A stretch of 64,000 nt of DNA from assembly GCA_036275295.1 (NCBI GenBank), contig DASUEB010000025.1:34332-98331 (forward strand). The letters run 5' to 3'. The notes beneath the pieces are model-generated. The model did no database searches. It saw only the letters and a list, made by a program, of their open reading frames with translations, and was not told the origin of the DNA. Source of the DNA: Luteibaculaceae bacterium (lineage in GTDB: Bacteria; Bacteroidota; Bacteroidia; Flavobacteriales_D; Luteibaculaceae). This document shows positions 1 to 9,499 of the stretch, one piece after another; position 1 is the first letter of the stretch, and every line of letters begins with the position of its first letter. Position numbers and translations under genes: made by a program.

Positions 1-210
1 GGTTGGTTGGCGGAACAAAACTTGTCGAATCGGCAATTCGGCAATTCAGTTCCATCTACGGCAGGCCAGGCGTCGTTTGCTCAATTGGGCTTTGAGTTGA
101 GTAAAAATAAGTGGAGCGCCTCTTTACAATTGGCGCCAGCCCTGAGCTACAACGGTAGTCAAGCCCCGGGTACCCGCCTTGCCCTCGGTTGGGTGTGGGC
201 CTTTTAGCCT
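1..210 (+). CDS. C-terminal fragment of a probable outer-membrane beta-barrel protein (5' end upstream of window)
   Basis: Frame 1 is open from base 1 to TAG 208-210. The tail ...RLALGWVWAF ends in Phe, as many OMP last strands do. No family recognised. Confidence 0.35.
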
Positions 211-223
211 TTGCATGATGTGC

Positions 224-3004
224 TTAATGTGCCTCTAACCAATTGTCGCCTGTACCGATTTCTACTTCCAAAGGCACCACCAAGTTCACCGCTTGTTGCA
301 TTTTAGCGCGTATAATGGGTTCAATGGTGGCTATTTCGTCAATGTGTGCATCAAAGACCAATTCATCGTGCACCTGAAGAAGCAATTTCGACTTAAGGGG
401 TTGGTTTTGCCATGCGGCGTGAATATCGATCATCGCTTTTTTGATGATATCGGCTGCAGATCCCTGTATGGGTGCGTTGATGGCGTTACGCTCTGCGAAA
501 CCTCGCACCACAGCATTGCGCGAATTGATATCGGCCAAGTAGCGGCGGCGGCCCATGATGGTCTCTACATAGCCCTTTTCGCGGGCGTTGTTGATGCTCT
601 GATCCATGTAGCTCTTGATACCGGGGAACTGGGTGAAATAGCTGTCGATGATATCGCGGGCTTCTGCGCGTTTGATACCCAATTGCTCAGATAAACCAAA
701 GGCCGATTGACCGTAAATAATACCAAAATTTACAGCCTTGGCTTTGCTGCGCATGTCGCGGTCAACCTGATCAGGCGCCACTTGGAAAACATTGGCCGCC
801 GTAGCGGTATGAATATCCATCCCGTCTTTAAACGCTTGGATCATATTGCGTTCGTTGCTCAACGCGGCGATGATCCGCAGCTCCACCTGCGAATAGTCGG
901 CAGAGAGTATCTTGTACTCCGGACCGCGTGCGATAAACGCCTTTCTTACCTCGCGACCTTTTTCGCTGCGGATGGGAATGTTCTGAAGGTTGGGGTTGTT
1001 TGAACTGAGTCGACCCGTAGCCGCTACTGCCTGATTGTAACTGGTATGAATGCGTTTGGTTTTGGGATTTACCAGCGTGGGCAGGGCATCAACATAGGTT
1101 GATTTGAGTTTTTGAAGCTGGCGATAATCGAGAATCATTGCCACAACGGGATGTGCATCGCGCAGCTTCGAAAGCACCTCTTCGCCGGTAGCATACTGAC
1201 CCGTTTTCGTTTTCTGAGGTTTCTCCATGATGCGAAGCTCTTCAAACAAAATATCGCCTAGCTGTTTGGGCGAGTTGATGGTAAAAGTCTTTCCGCACGC
1301 CTCGTAGATCGCATGTTCTATTTCGCGCAACTGAATCTCCATCTCGGCCGAGTACGATTTTAAGCCTTCGGTATCGAGGTTGATGCCTTCCTGTTCCATA
1401 TCGAGCAATACATGTACCAAAGGCATTTCGAGGGTATGAAACAATTCGATGGCCCCCATCTCTTTGAGTTGCGGGGCAAAGAGGTGGTAGAGTTGCAGGG
1501 TGATGTCAGCGTCTTCTGCAGCGTATTCTTTGACCTGCTCCAGGTCGATATCGGCCATGGAAAGCTGGTTTTTGCCTTTCTTGCCAATGAGCGCTTCAAT
1601 CGATACGGGTTGATAGTGGAGGTAGGTCTCAGCCAGCACGTCCATGTTGTGTTTCATGTCGGCATTGATAAGGTAATGTGCCAGCATGGTGTCAAAAAGC
1701 TGGTGAGAAGCCTCCAAACCATAGCGACGCAGTATGGCCAGGTCGTATTTGATATTGTGGGCTACTTTCACTTTGCCCGGATGTACTAACAGCGCTTTGA
1801 ATGGCTCTAGCACTTTTATCTTCTCCTCTTCGGCACCCAACAAGGGCACATACCACCCTTTGTTTTTCTGGGTACTGAAAGCCAATCCCACGATTAAAGC
1901 TGTGGTGGTATCCAGTCCCGTCGTCTCTGTATCGAAGCAAAAAACATCAGCTGCATTCAACTCAGCGAGGAGGGCCTCCATTTGTTGTGGTGACTGAACC
2001 AGAATGTACTCGTGTGGCGTATTGTGAATGTTGCGGAGCTCCTGAGCGGGCTGTTCAGGTTGTTCGGACTCTTGGGAGAACAAGTCGTTCACCGGCGCGG
2101 AAGCTGGAGCTGCTGCCCCCTCAGCAACTACCCCGTTTTCGTTGAGAAGTCGTTGCAAAAGGGTGCGGAATTCCAATTCGCCAAAAACCTTTTTCAGCTT
2201 TTCGATGTGAGGCGGTCCTACCGCAAAACTCTCTTCGTCGATGTGGATATCGCATTCTACGTGGATGGTAGCCAATTTTTTCGACAAAAACGCCTGTTCT
2301 TTAAATTGGGTGAGGTTCTCTAGCAATTTACCCTTGAGATGGTGGAGGTTTTGGTATAACCCCTCCATACTATCGTATTCCTTGATGAGTTTTTGTGCTG
2401 TCTTCTCTCCCACCCCCGGTACGCCGGGAATATTGTCGACGGCATCGCCCATAAGTCCGAGAATGTCTATGACCTGATCCGGGCGCTGCACATCAAATTT
2501 GGCTTGCACCTCAGGTATTCCCAGTATTTCAACCCCATTGCCCAGTCGAGCGGGTCGGTAAACATAAATCCCGTCTTCCACCAGCTGACAATAGTCCTTG
2601 TCGGGGGTCATCATATAGGTTGTAAACCCATCTTTCTTGGCCCGCTTGGCAAGGGTTCCAATGATATCATCGGCTTCCCAGCCCGGAATTTTAAGCGCCG
2701 GAATTTGCAGCGCATCTAGAATTTCAAAGATATAGGGCAGGTTTGATGAAATATCCTCGGGCATCGCCTCGCGGTGGGCCTTGTAATCGGCGAATTCAAT
2801 GTGTCGTTCTGTGGGTTCTGCCGTGTCAAACACCACGGCGAGATGAGTGGGTTTTTCCTTCCGGATGACATCGAGCACGGCCGTTGTAAATCCGTATGCC
2901 GCAGAGGTGTTAAGGCCGTTGGAGGCTACTCGGGGGTTTTTGCTAAAGGCAAAGTACGCGCGATAAATAAGCGCAAAGGCATCGAGAAGGAATAGTTTTT
3001 TCAT
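224..3004 (-). CDS. polA: DNA polymerase I
   Basis: 5'-nuclease N-terminus (LLDAFALIYRAYFA), 3'-5' exonuclease motif (FDTETTGLD), polymerase motifs (DYSQVELRI, QVHDELVF). Start set at ATG 3004 (MKKLFLLD) rather than the ORF-track 3058. Confidence 0.95.
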   Translation of the reverse strand: MKKLFLLDAFALIYRAYFAFSKNPRVASNGLNTSAAYGFTTAVLDVIRKEKPTHLAVVFDTAEPTERHIEFADYKAHREAMPEDISSNLPYIFEILDALQIPALKIPGWEADDIIGTLAKRAKKDGFTTYMMTPDKDYCQLVEDGIYVYRPARLGNGVEILGIPEVQAKFDVQRPDQVIDILGLMGDAVDNIPGVPGVGEKTAQKLIKEYDSMEGLYQNLHHLKGKLLENLTQFKEQAFLSKKLATIHVECDIHIDEESFAVGPPHIEKLKKVFGELEFRTLLQRLLNENGVVAEGAAAPASAPVNDLFSQESEQPEQPAQELRNIHNTPHEYILVQSPQQMEALLAELNAADVFCFDTETTGLDTTTALIVGLAFSTQKNKGWYVPLLGAEEEKIKVLEPFKALLVHPGKVKVAHNIKYDLAILRRYGLEASHQLFDTMLAHYLINADMKHNMDVLAETYLHYQPVSIEALIGKKGKNQLSMADIDLEQVKEYAAEDADITLQLYHLFAPQLKEMGAIELFHTLEMPLVHVLLDMEQEGINLDTEGLKSYSAEMEIQLREIEHAIYEACGKTFTINSPKQLGDILFEELRIMEKPQKTKTGQYATGEEVLSKLRDAHPVVAMILDYRQLQKLKSTYVDALPTLVNPKTKRIHTSYNQAVAATGRLSSNNPNLQNIPIRSEKGREVRKAFIARGPEYKILSADYSQVELRIIAALSNERNMIQAFKDGMDIHTATAANVFQVAPDQVDRDMRSKAKAVNFGIIYGQSAFGLSEQLGIKRAEARDIIDSYFTQFPGIKSYMDQSINNAREKGYVETIMGRRRYLADINSRNAVVRGFAERNAINAPIQGSAADIIKKAMIDIHAAWQNQPLKSKLLLQVHDELVFDAHIDEIATIEPIIRAKMQQAVNLVVPLEVEIGTGDNWLEAH

Positions 3005-3008
3005 GGTC

Positions 3009-4574
3009 TTATTGCGTAACAATGAGGCGATAGGTGTGCTGTTCGACATGCAAGACATACACCCCTGCGGGCCATTGACTCACGTCGATGCCCAGTGAGG
3101 TAGTTGTGCCTCGCCACATGAGCTGTCCGTCGATACGCCTGATCGTTATAGGGGTGTGTGATGGGAGCCCGTCGATGTGCATTACCTCATTGGCGGGGTT
3201 GGGGTAAATTTGAAGCGCGGAGGCTGCTGCAGATGAAATTCCAACGGTGCTACCCAGGTCAACCGGCGGTGAACCGACATGCAACCTCATAAGATAACTG
3301 TTTTCATGCTGGATTCCAAAATTCTCAGCAGGTTCAAACAGGCTCAATCCGTCAGGCAGGATAAAGTTCTGGTTGGCTGTGTAGTTTTGAGGGGATACCC
3401 CAATGAAGGTATTGCCTGCATTAAAGAGTCGAACACCAATAAACACAGGATTAGTAGATATAGCCACGGTATCTGAAAACGACAGGGTATACCAACCCGT
3501 CGTGCTGCCGGGGGGAAATACCAGCGTTTGGCTCAGGGCGAGCTGTAGGTCGGGAACGACGTCGGCACGGTGAACTGCAACCTGAACGCTATCGCCCGAA
3601 ACCGGCTGTATAAAATAGACCGATACCGACCTCAGGGTGTCGGCCTTGGGAAAGACAAAAATGGAGCCCACCAAACCCGGATCGAGTAGGCTAACGCTGT
3701 CGGTTGCCACGCCGTCGGTGCGAGACAAGGTGCTATCGGTAACATCAAATCGGCAGAAGGCAGATTGATTGGTGGTATCGCCATCGGTGTTGTTCTGCAC
3801 GAACACATTGAGGTTGTATGAGCGCCCGGCCCGCGGTCTGAGGGGCACGGAAGGAGACCGCAAAACCGAAGCGCCACCCTCAAATGGCCGCGGCAATAGC
3901 TCGCTGCTGAAATAAGAACCGCTACTGGCATCGAACACCAAAACCGATTGATCAAACAATGTAGAGCCGAGGTTTTCTACCCTGGCCTCCAGCGGAATCT
4001 GGGCTGGAAGCATACGCTCAGGAAAGGCAAAATAATGGGTTAGCGGACAAGTGAAGGTCAAGGCCAGGTCGGGTTTGGGTTCAGCCAAGTTTAAGGTGAT
4101 AAAACCCTCGTCGTCGCGGGCTACATTGGGAAAGGAAACGAACTTGTCGCCTGAGACATAGAACCGAACGCGTTTGGGCTGGGTAACCGTATCGTCGATG
4201 GTCACATTGACGGTAAACAAGTGGAACTTTCGGTTTTCGATACCTCCCCGAGCTGCGAGGTCGTTGTTATCGCCCCAACTGATGATCTGTCCGCTAACGC
4301 CGTTGAGCATCTCGCCCGATTGTCCTTGTGTGGGCGTGGCAATGGGGTCAGAACTACTGCCGTTGGGTGTAACCCCAGGATCAAATTCGAGGGCAATGCT
4401 ATCGCCGAACTCGCCATCGAAATTCACCAAAAAAAGGGAGAACTGGAGATCCATGGTCTGATTAGCCACCAGGGGAGTTTGACACGACAAACTCACATCG
4501 ATATTTTTGTGCGACTGGGCAAGAGCCCCAATAGCCAGCAAACAGATAGATAAGGCGATGATAATTGCTTTCAT
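3009..4574 (-). CDS. secreted protein with T9SS type-A C-terminal sorting domain
   Basis: Signal peptide MKAIIIALSICLLAIGALA. C-terminus ...LQIYPNPANEVMHIDGL...DVSQWPAGVYVLHV... is typical of the Por secretion tail. ATG at 4574 preferred over TTG at 4580. Ends 4 nt before the polA start. Confidence 0.7.
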   Translation of the reverse strand: MKAIIIALSICLLAIGALAQSHKNIDVSLSCQTPLVANQTMDLQFSLFLVNFDGEFGDSIALEFDPGVTPNGSSSDPIATPTQGQSGEMLNGVSGQIISWGDNNDLAARGGIENRKFHLFTVNVTIDDTVTQPKRVRFYVSGDKFVSFPNVARDDEGFITLNLAEPKPDLALTFTCPLTHYFAFPERMLPAQIPLEARVENLGSTLFDQSVLVFDASSGSYFSSELLPRPFEGGASVLRSPSVPLRPRAGRSYNLNVFVQNNTDGDTTNQSAFCRFDVTDSTLSRTDGVATDSVSLLDPGLVGSIFVFPKADTLRSVSVYFIQPVSGDSVQVAVHRADVVPDLQLALSQTLVFPPGSTTGWYTLSFSDTVAISTNPVFIGVRLFNAGNTFIGVSPQNYTANQNFILPDGLSLFEPAENFGIQHENSYLMRLHVGSPPVDLGSTVGISSAAASALQIYPNPANEVMHIDGLPSHTPITIRRIDGQLMWRGTTTSLGIDVSQWPAGVYVLHVEQHTYRLIVTQ

Positions 4575-4593
4575 TCCCAAATTAGGTTGTTTA

Positions 4594-4601
4594 CAAAAAT
4601 A
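4594..4601 (-). promoter_or_regulatory. -7 promoter box TATTTTTG (Bacteroidota TAnnTTTG consensus)
   Basis: Exact consensus match on the minus strand, 19 nt upstream of ATG 4574. Confidence 0.5.
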
Positions 4602-4631
4602 TACAATAAGCGAGGGGTGCTACCGACTTAC

Positions 4632-4665
4632 ACAAACAAAAAAGGCCATCCGAGGGGATAGCCTT
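4632..4665 (-). terminator. rho-independent terminator after the 62-aa gene
   Basis: Arms AAGGCCATCC / GGATAGCCTT (one mismatch), loop GAGG, followed on the minus strand by TTTTTTGTTTGT. Confidence 0.6.
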
Positions 4666-4687
4666 AGTGAGGTCAGGAAGAATCTGA

Positions 4688-4876
4688 TTATTTCAAGCCG
4701 CCGTCGTGCTGGGCCTTTTTATTGAATTTCCCTTGGAGTTTCAACCAATATCCCAAGCCAACAAAACCTACCAATATGAAGAGCACATTGGGCAAATTGC
4801 CAAGGTTTTCCAGGATATTTACAAAAGTCCACGTAATAAACGCCTCAATTGGTTCTAGAATGCTCTGTAGGTTCAT
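4688..4876 (-). CDS. small membrane protein (62 aa), function unknown
   Basis: ATG start, one hydrophobic helix (VLFILVGFVGLGYWL), own -7 box and terminator. Possibly one of the small Bacteroidota DUF families, not verifiable here. Confidence 0.5.
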   Translation of the reverse strand: MNLQSILEPIEAFITWTFVNILENLGNLPNVLFILVGFVGLGYWLKLQGKFNKKAQHDGGLK

Positions 4877-4884
4877 AGCTTTTA

Positions 4885-4892
4885 TACTTTTG
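4885..4892 (+). promoter_or_regulatory. -7 promoter box TACTTTTG for the 325-aa membrane protein gene
   Basis: Exact TAnnTTTG, 39 nt upstream of ATG 4932. Left arm of the palindrome TACTTTTG-CCA-CAAAAGTA. Confidence 0.5.
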
Positions 4893-4895
4893 CCA

Positions 4896-4903
4896 CAAAA
4901 GTA
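4896..4903 (-). promoter_or_regulatory. -7 promoter box TACTTTTG for the 62-aa gene
   Basis: Exact TAnnTTTG on the minus strand, 19 nt upstream of ATG 4876. Right arm of the same palindrome. Confidence 0.5.
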
Positions 4904-4931
4904 GAAATTAATCTCAATCCATCAAGGCAAA

Positions 4932-5909
4932 ATGTCATTGCTCCTTTTTCGCACCAATCACCCGGTATATCTGATACTGTTGCCTTTGTTTGCGATGATA
5001 TTTTGGGGACCTGCCTTTTTTGCGGTTCTCGAGCCAGGTCCTGCATTAACCGAGGGCATGTTCAATTTTGGTTTCCGGAACCAAACCGCTGGCTTGATTT
5101 TCGGTTGGCTGTTTGTGTTATTGGGGGCCATGTTGCTCAATCAGGTTGTAAACGAGCGGGAGTTTTTCCGTCCGGGCAGCTACCTGCCGGGTTTGATGTA
5201 TGTGTTGTTGATGGTGACCACCCGCGAAACCTTGTTGTTTAGCTCGCTGCACGTTGCGCATTTGTTCACCATTCTAGCCATGCGCCGATGCATGTCGATC
5301 TACGGCAAAAACAAAAATCACCGCGAAGCCTTCGACGCCGGCTTTTTCATCGGCATCGCCTCGTTGATCAATTACTACCACGCACTGCTTGAAATAGCGC
5401 TATTGGTATGTTTGCTGCTCATTGGCCGCTTGCGCTTTAGGGAACTGCTCATCGCTTTTTACGGACTAGCTTCACCCTGGGTGTTTTTCCTGAGTCTGTT
5501 TTATGTTATTGGCTACAAACCTTTTGATGAAGGCTTTGAACTGGCGCTCCAGTTAGAAATTCCAGAGTTTATATTCAACAAACAAGGATGGTGGTTTGTG
5601 GGCATCTTTGGCGTGGTGTTGGCCAGTTCGCTTTTTCACTACTTGTACAGTTTTCAGCGAAGCACCCTCAAGATGAAGGCCGAAAAAAGGGTGGTAATGA
5701 TTTTTTTATTGGTGCAAACCCTGTCGCTCGCTTTTTCGGGGCTCTATTCAAACGGCTTGTACTTGTTGCCTTTTATCGCGGTACCGCTGAGCATATTTGT
5801 GTCCTTCTATTTTTTCAACTCGTACGTAAAGTGGATCGCCGACCTCACCTTTTTAGCTTGGTTAGGGATTGTTGGCTACAATTATTTCATTGCCATGATG
5901 CCGGGTTAA
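4932..5909 (+). CDS. polytopic inner-membrane protein, function unknown
   Basis: 325 aa, about 8-9 hydrophobic segments, no catalytic motif recognised. Confidence 0.7.
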   Translation: MSLLLFRTNHPVYLILLPLFAMIFWGPAFFAVLEPGPALTEGMFNFGFRNQTAGLIFGWLFVLLGAMLLNQVVNEREFFRPGSYLPGLMYVLLMVTTRETLLFSSLHVAHLFTILAMRRCMSIYGKNKNHREAFDAGFFIGIASLINYYHALLEIALLVCLLLIGRLRFRELLIAFYGLASPWVFFLSLFYVIGYKPFDEGFELALQLEIPEFIFNKQGWWFVGIFGVVLASSLFHYLYSFQRSTLKMKAEKRVVMIFLLVQTLSLAFSGLYSNGLYLLPFIAVPLSIFVSFYFFNSYVKWIADLTFLAWLGIVGYNYFIAMMPG

Positions 5910-5922
5910 GCGCCCAAATAGC

Positions 5923-5930
5923 TAACTTTG
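5923..5930 (+). promoter_or_regulatory. -7 promoter box TAACTTTG for purQ
   Basis: Exact TAnnTTTG, 21 nt upstream of ATG 5952. Supports the shorter purQ start. Confidence 0.5.
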
Positions 5931-5951
5931 CCGTCGGTAAAACAAAACTAT

Positions 5952-6644
5952 ATGAAATTTGGTGTAGTAGTATTTCCAGGTTCGAACTGTGACGAAGACA
6001 TGGTTTATGTGCTTCAGACCATCATGGGTCAGGAAGTGGTTAAACTGTGGCACAAAGACACGGATTTGCAGGGATGCGACTTTATTGTTTTGCCCGGTGG
6101 ATTCTCTTACGGAGACTATTTGCGCTCGGGAGCTATCGCCCGATTCAGTCCCATCATGGACAAAGTCATTGAACACGCCAATCAGGGCGGTTATTTGATG
6201 GGTATCTGCAATGGTTTCCAAATTCTAGCCGAGGCCAATTTGGTGCCTGGCGCCCTGTTGCACAACAACAGCCACAAATTCATTTGCAAAAATGTTCACC
6301 TGAGAGCCGTTTCTCAGAGTGCCTTGATTACTGCATCGGTTCCAAAAGACCGCGCCCTCAAAATCCCCATTGCACACGGCGAAGGGCGCTACCACTGCGA
6401 CGAGGCTACCCTTCAATCGATGATTGAGAACGACCAAATCTTGTTTCGCTACTGCAACGAAGAAGGCGAGATTACTGAGGAAGCCAATCCCAACGGATCG
6501 CTCTACAACATTGCCGGAGTTTGTAACAAGGGCAAGAATGTATTTGGCATGATGCCTCACCCTGAGCGCGCTGCCGATCCCGTTCTGAAAAACGAAGACG
6601 GACGTTTCTTGTTTGGGAGCATTCTCTCGCTGATTAAGGCGTAA
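5952..6644 (+). CDS. purQ: phosphoribosylformylglycinamidine synthase, glutaminase subunit
   Basis: MKFGVVVFPGSNCDEDM N-terminus, nucleophile context GICNGFQIL, MPHPER near the C-terminus. Confidence 0.9.
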   Translation: MKFGVVVFPGSNCDEDMVYVLQTIMGQEVVKLWHKDTDLQGCDFIVLPGGFSYGDYLRSGAIARFSPIMDKVIEHANQGGYLMGICNGFQILAEANLVPGALLHNNSHKFICKNVHLRAVSQSALITASVPKDRALKIPIAHGEGRYHCDEATLQSMIENDQILFRYCNEEGEITEEANPNGSLYNIAGVCNKGKNVFGMMPHPERAADPVLKNEDGRFLFGSILSLIKA

Positions 6645-6953
6645 AAACTAAATAAACTTTACTTCATTGCTGTTAGCGAAGTCCATCGCTAGCAGGTTTG
6701 CTGCGCGGTAAGATGATGGTTGAAACCGCGTTGGCTTCGCTTGTCTGCCACTTACGCTAGTAGAATTCTTTTTCCAAAAGGTAATGCTTGTCTGATTCCC
6801 AAAGATAGAACCAGGCGCTCAGCCTGCGATTTGAATGCACAACCCATTGGGCCTATGGCATTTCTTATCCTTAATTACGTCTGTTTAAACCCAGAGAATT
6901 TCCGACCACTCTCGCTTGTAAAGGCGAGTAAATAGACATTACCGGATTCTTTT

Positions 6954-7316
6954 TTAATCTCGCAAATAAATCTCGGCCGCAGCGCTGTGGCTGTCGCGAT
7001 CGAAATAAACGGTGTAGGTACCTGCCGGAAAATGACTCAGGTTGATGGAAGAACCACTAGCGTAATTGTCGCCAAACAAAACTACCACACCGCGCGAATC
7101 GGTTATCATAAAGCTGATGGGTCGATCGCTGTTTACTTGTGAGAGCAAGGTGTATGTCTTACTTTCGCCTTGTGGCACAACCGCTATGAGTGGCTTGAGC
7201 TGAACGGGCATAGCCTTTACTGTTTTGGTTGCTTTCTTCCTAGCACCGGTTGGATCGGCAGCTTGGGTTGAAGTCAGAAGCAGTAAGGCAGTTGCAGTGA
7301 GTAGGTATTTATTCAT
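6954..7316 (-). CDS. small secreted protein consisting mainly of a T9SS-CTD-like domain
   Basis: Signal peptide MNKYLLTATALLLLTSTQA. C-terminal ...INLSHFPAGTYTVYFDRD... resembles type-A sorting tails. Only 120 aa in total. Confidence 0.55.
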   Translation of the reverse strand: MNKYLLTATALLLLTSTQAADPTGARKKATKTVKAMPVQLKPLIAVVPQGESKTYTLLSQVNSDRPISFMITDSRGVVVLFGDNYASGSSINLSHFPAGTYTVYFDRDSHSAAAEIYLRD

Positions 7317-7348
7317 ACACGCTATTTTCCACTAAGGTCGATACAAAG

Positions 7349-7774
7349 ATGACAAGAATTAGAATAGAACCGCCAAAACAATCAATTTTTTCGACGAACG
7401 TCAAAGTTAGGGTTACCGACCTCAACTACGGCAATCATTTGGGCAATGATGCGCTGCTGGGACTATTACACGAGGCAAGGGTGTGTTTCTACACCCACTT
7501 AGGATTCCCAGATGAGCGAAACATTTACGGCGCAGGGGTGATCATGGCCGATGCCGCCATTCAATACCGAAGCGAGGCTTTTTTAGGCGATCAACTCACC
7601 ATCGACATAGGCATTGGCGAAATCAGCAGAATGGGTTACGACCTCATTTATGCGGTTGTCCACCAATCGGGCCGCCTCATAGCCACCGCTAAAACCGGCA
7701 TGGTTTGTTTTGATTACTCAATCCGTAAACCCGTTGGTGTGCCCGCAGAATTTTTACTTCGGATACAAGTATAG
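7349..7774 (+). CDS. hotdog-fold acyl-CoA thioesterase (YbgC/4HBT-like)
   Basis: 141 aa; V(R)VTDLNYGNHLGND...YRSEAF pattern typical of 4HBT-type thioesterases. Confidence 0.7.
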   Translation: MTRIRIEPPKQSIFSTNVKVRVTDLNYGNHLGNDALLGLLHEARVCFYTHLGFPDERNIYGAGVIMADAAIQYRSEAFLGDQLTIDIGIGEISRMGYDLIYAVVHQSGRLIATAKTGMVCFDYSIRKPVGVPAEFLLRIQV

Positions 7775-7801
7775 CCCTTACCATCCATGGGTATCAAATA
7801 A

Positions 7802-7854
7802 AAAACCAATCCATCTGGTGCCATTGCTCAACAGAGGGATTGGTTTTGTTTTGA
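7802..7854. terminator. bidirectional terminator hairpin
   Basis: Perfect 11-bp arms AAAACCAATCC (7802-7812) / GGATTGGTTTT (7837-7847). A-run before and GTTTTG after. Lies between convergent genes. Confidence 0.6.
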
Positions 7855-7894
7855 TCTGGCTTTGACGCCAATTCAAATCTTCTAGCTATATGCC

Positions 7895-8848
7895 TTAGTA
7901 GTAGATATCAAAAGATCCGTTAGAAATAGTACGCGAATCTGCTGGGGTGGTGTTTACTCGTTTGGCAGAGAACTCGAAGGTGCCGCTAATTCGACGAAGC
8001 AAAGTGTCGTTGCGCGTCACATCAACCGTACCTGACTCTACAGGAAATTTGTTGTTGTTTGTTTGATTCTGGTAGTAGCCGCTGTTGAACGAACCGCTGC
8101 CATCAATAGCGACTGTGGCCACGTTTTGATCGGGATCGAGAATAAGTGAGATTTTGTGTCGAGTATTGGTTCCTTCCAGATACAGGTTGTTCAAGTATTG
8201 GAACGATTTTACCGATGAGAAAGCCACAGTATCGGTATCGGTTGCACTGATCACAACAGCCGACATTTGGTTGTTGGCCTGCAGCGGGTTGGTGCTGAAT
8301 ACCGAATCGTTCACCGTTGGCGGTGGCGATTTGCGAACGGTATACTGCAAGGTGAATTTTCCGCTGTTTACCGACTTGCGCTCACCCGTGCTGTTGATAC
8401 CGCTGAAGAAAAAAGCCCCCCCGATGATCCGGTTGGCGGTATCGACCGAGGTGATCCGTATTTGGCCGCCATTGGTAGGACCATCTGCTACATAGAGGTT
8501 TCCTCCAGCGGGCTGATAATTGGCATCATGGCCCTCTAGTCCGTCAATGGTATAAATCCCCGGTTCGGGATCGCTTATATTGACATTGATGCGAATCACA
8601 GCACCCGCCTGATTTCCGGCGTTGATCAGCAAGCTGGTGTCATTGAGTTCGACCAAAATGTTTGACGATATAAAACTGTCGCCGTCAATCACAGCTACCA
8701 AACTGCTGTTGATGGCGACCGGATCTGGGGCGTCGTTGGCGCCGTTGTTGGGAACCACGATATCCTTATTACACGCAGAAGCTAAGGCCAGAACGGCGGC
8801 AAATGCGCCAACCACAACCAGACGAAGCGGGGATTTGGATGATAACAT
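7895..8848 (-). CDS. lipoprotein, function unknown
   Basis: Signal plus lipobox (LALASAC). 317 aa, beta-rich, no motif recognised. Confidence 0.65.
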   Translation of the reverse strand: MLSSKSPLRLVVVGAFAAVLALASACNKDIVVPNNGANDAPDPVAINSSLVAVIDGDSFISSNILVELNDTSLLINAGNQAGAVIRINVNISDPEPGIYTIDGLEGHDANYQPAGGNLYVADGPTNGGQIRITSVDTANRIIGGAFFFSGINSTGERKSVNSGKFTLQYTVRKSPPPTVNDSVFSTNPLQANNQMSAVVISATDTDTVAFSSVKSFQYLNNLYLEGTNTRHKISLILDPDQNVATVAIDGSGSFNSGYYQNQTNNNKFPVESGTVDVTRNDTLLRRISGTFEFSAKRVNTTPADSRTISNGSFDIYY

Positions 8849-8902
8849 GTTATGTAATTTGATTGGTAAAAGTAATATTTCCGTGTTAAGAACGAATGGA
8901 AA

Positions 8903-9499
8903 TCATTTGGGTGGCGCTTTGTAAAAATTCATCTCCTCAACATATCTACGAACCGGCTCGGGCAACACATAAAGAGTACTTTTCCCGTCGACAATAAGCT
9001 GCCGAATGTAAGAGCTGGATATCTTCACAATGGGGGCGTCGCAGCGCAATATGGTGGCTTGAGCCAAAAACTCACTGTCGGGGGTGTGTAAATCGTCAAT
9101 TCTGGGATACACAATGATGGGAAACTGCCTAATGATTTGATCGGCATTTTTCCACTTGTGCAGGGTGTTGAGGTTGTCCTCGCCCATAATCAAATAAAAC
9201 GCCTGTTGCGGATGTTTCTCTTTGAGGTGGGTAAGGGTATTGATCGTATAAGAGGGCTTGCTCAGTTTAAATTCAATGTCGCTAGAGCTGAACTGGGGAT
9301 TGCCTTCTATAGCGACGTTTACCAGAGCCAATCGGTGGTAGTCTTGCAAAAGGGTTTCCTTAGGTTTACTGGGGTTTTGAGGAGAGAGGACAAAACAAAC
9401 CTGATCGATATCGGTGTGATTGATGATGTGCTGGGCGATGATCAAATGCCCTACGTGAATGGGATTGAAGCTACCGAAAAAAAGTCCGATTTTTTTCAT
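8903..9499 (-). CDS. nadD: nicotinate-nucleotide adenylyltransferase
   Basis: GLFFGSFNPIHVGHL (HxGH nucleotidyltransferase motif), SSSYIR near the C-terminus. 4-nt overlap with gmk. Confidence 0.9.
   Translation of the reverse strand: MKKIGLFFGSFNPIHVGHLIIAQHIINHTDIDQVCFVLSPQNPSKPKETLLQDYHRLALVNVAIEGNPQFSSSDIEFKLSKPSYTINTLTHLKEKHPQQAFYLIMGEDNLNTLHKWKNADQIIRQFPIIVYPRIDDLHTPDSEFLAQATILRCDAPIVKISSSYIRQLIVDGKSTLYVLPEPVRRYVEEMNFYKAPPK

Noticed and set aside
3005-3058. N-terminal extensions offered by the ORF track (polA to 3058, gmk to 10155, lepA to 51837, chrA to 55116, thioesterase to 26883, SusD-like to 62014, tsaC from 57089)
   Set aside because: The extensions lack homology-like sequence, overlap upstream genes or contain the gene's own -7 box. 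Canonical family N-termini begin at the internal Met chosen here.
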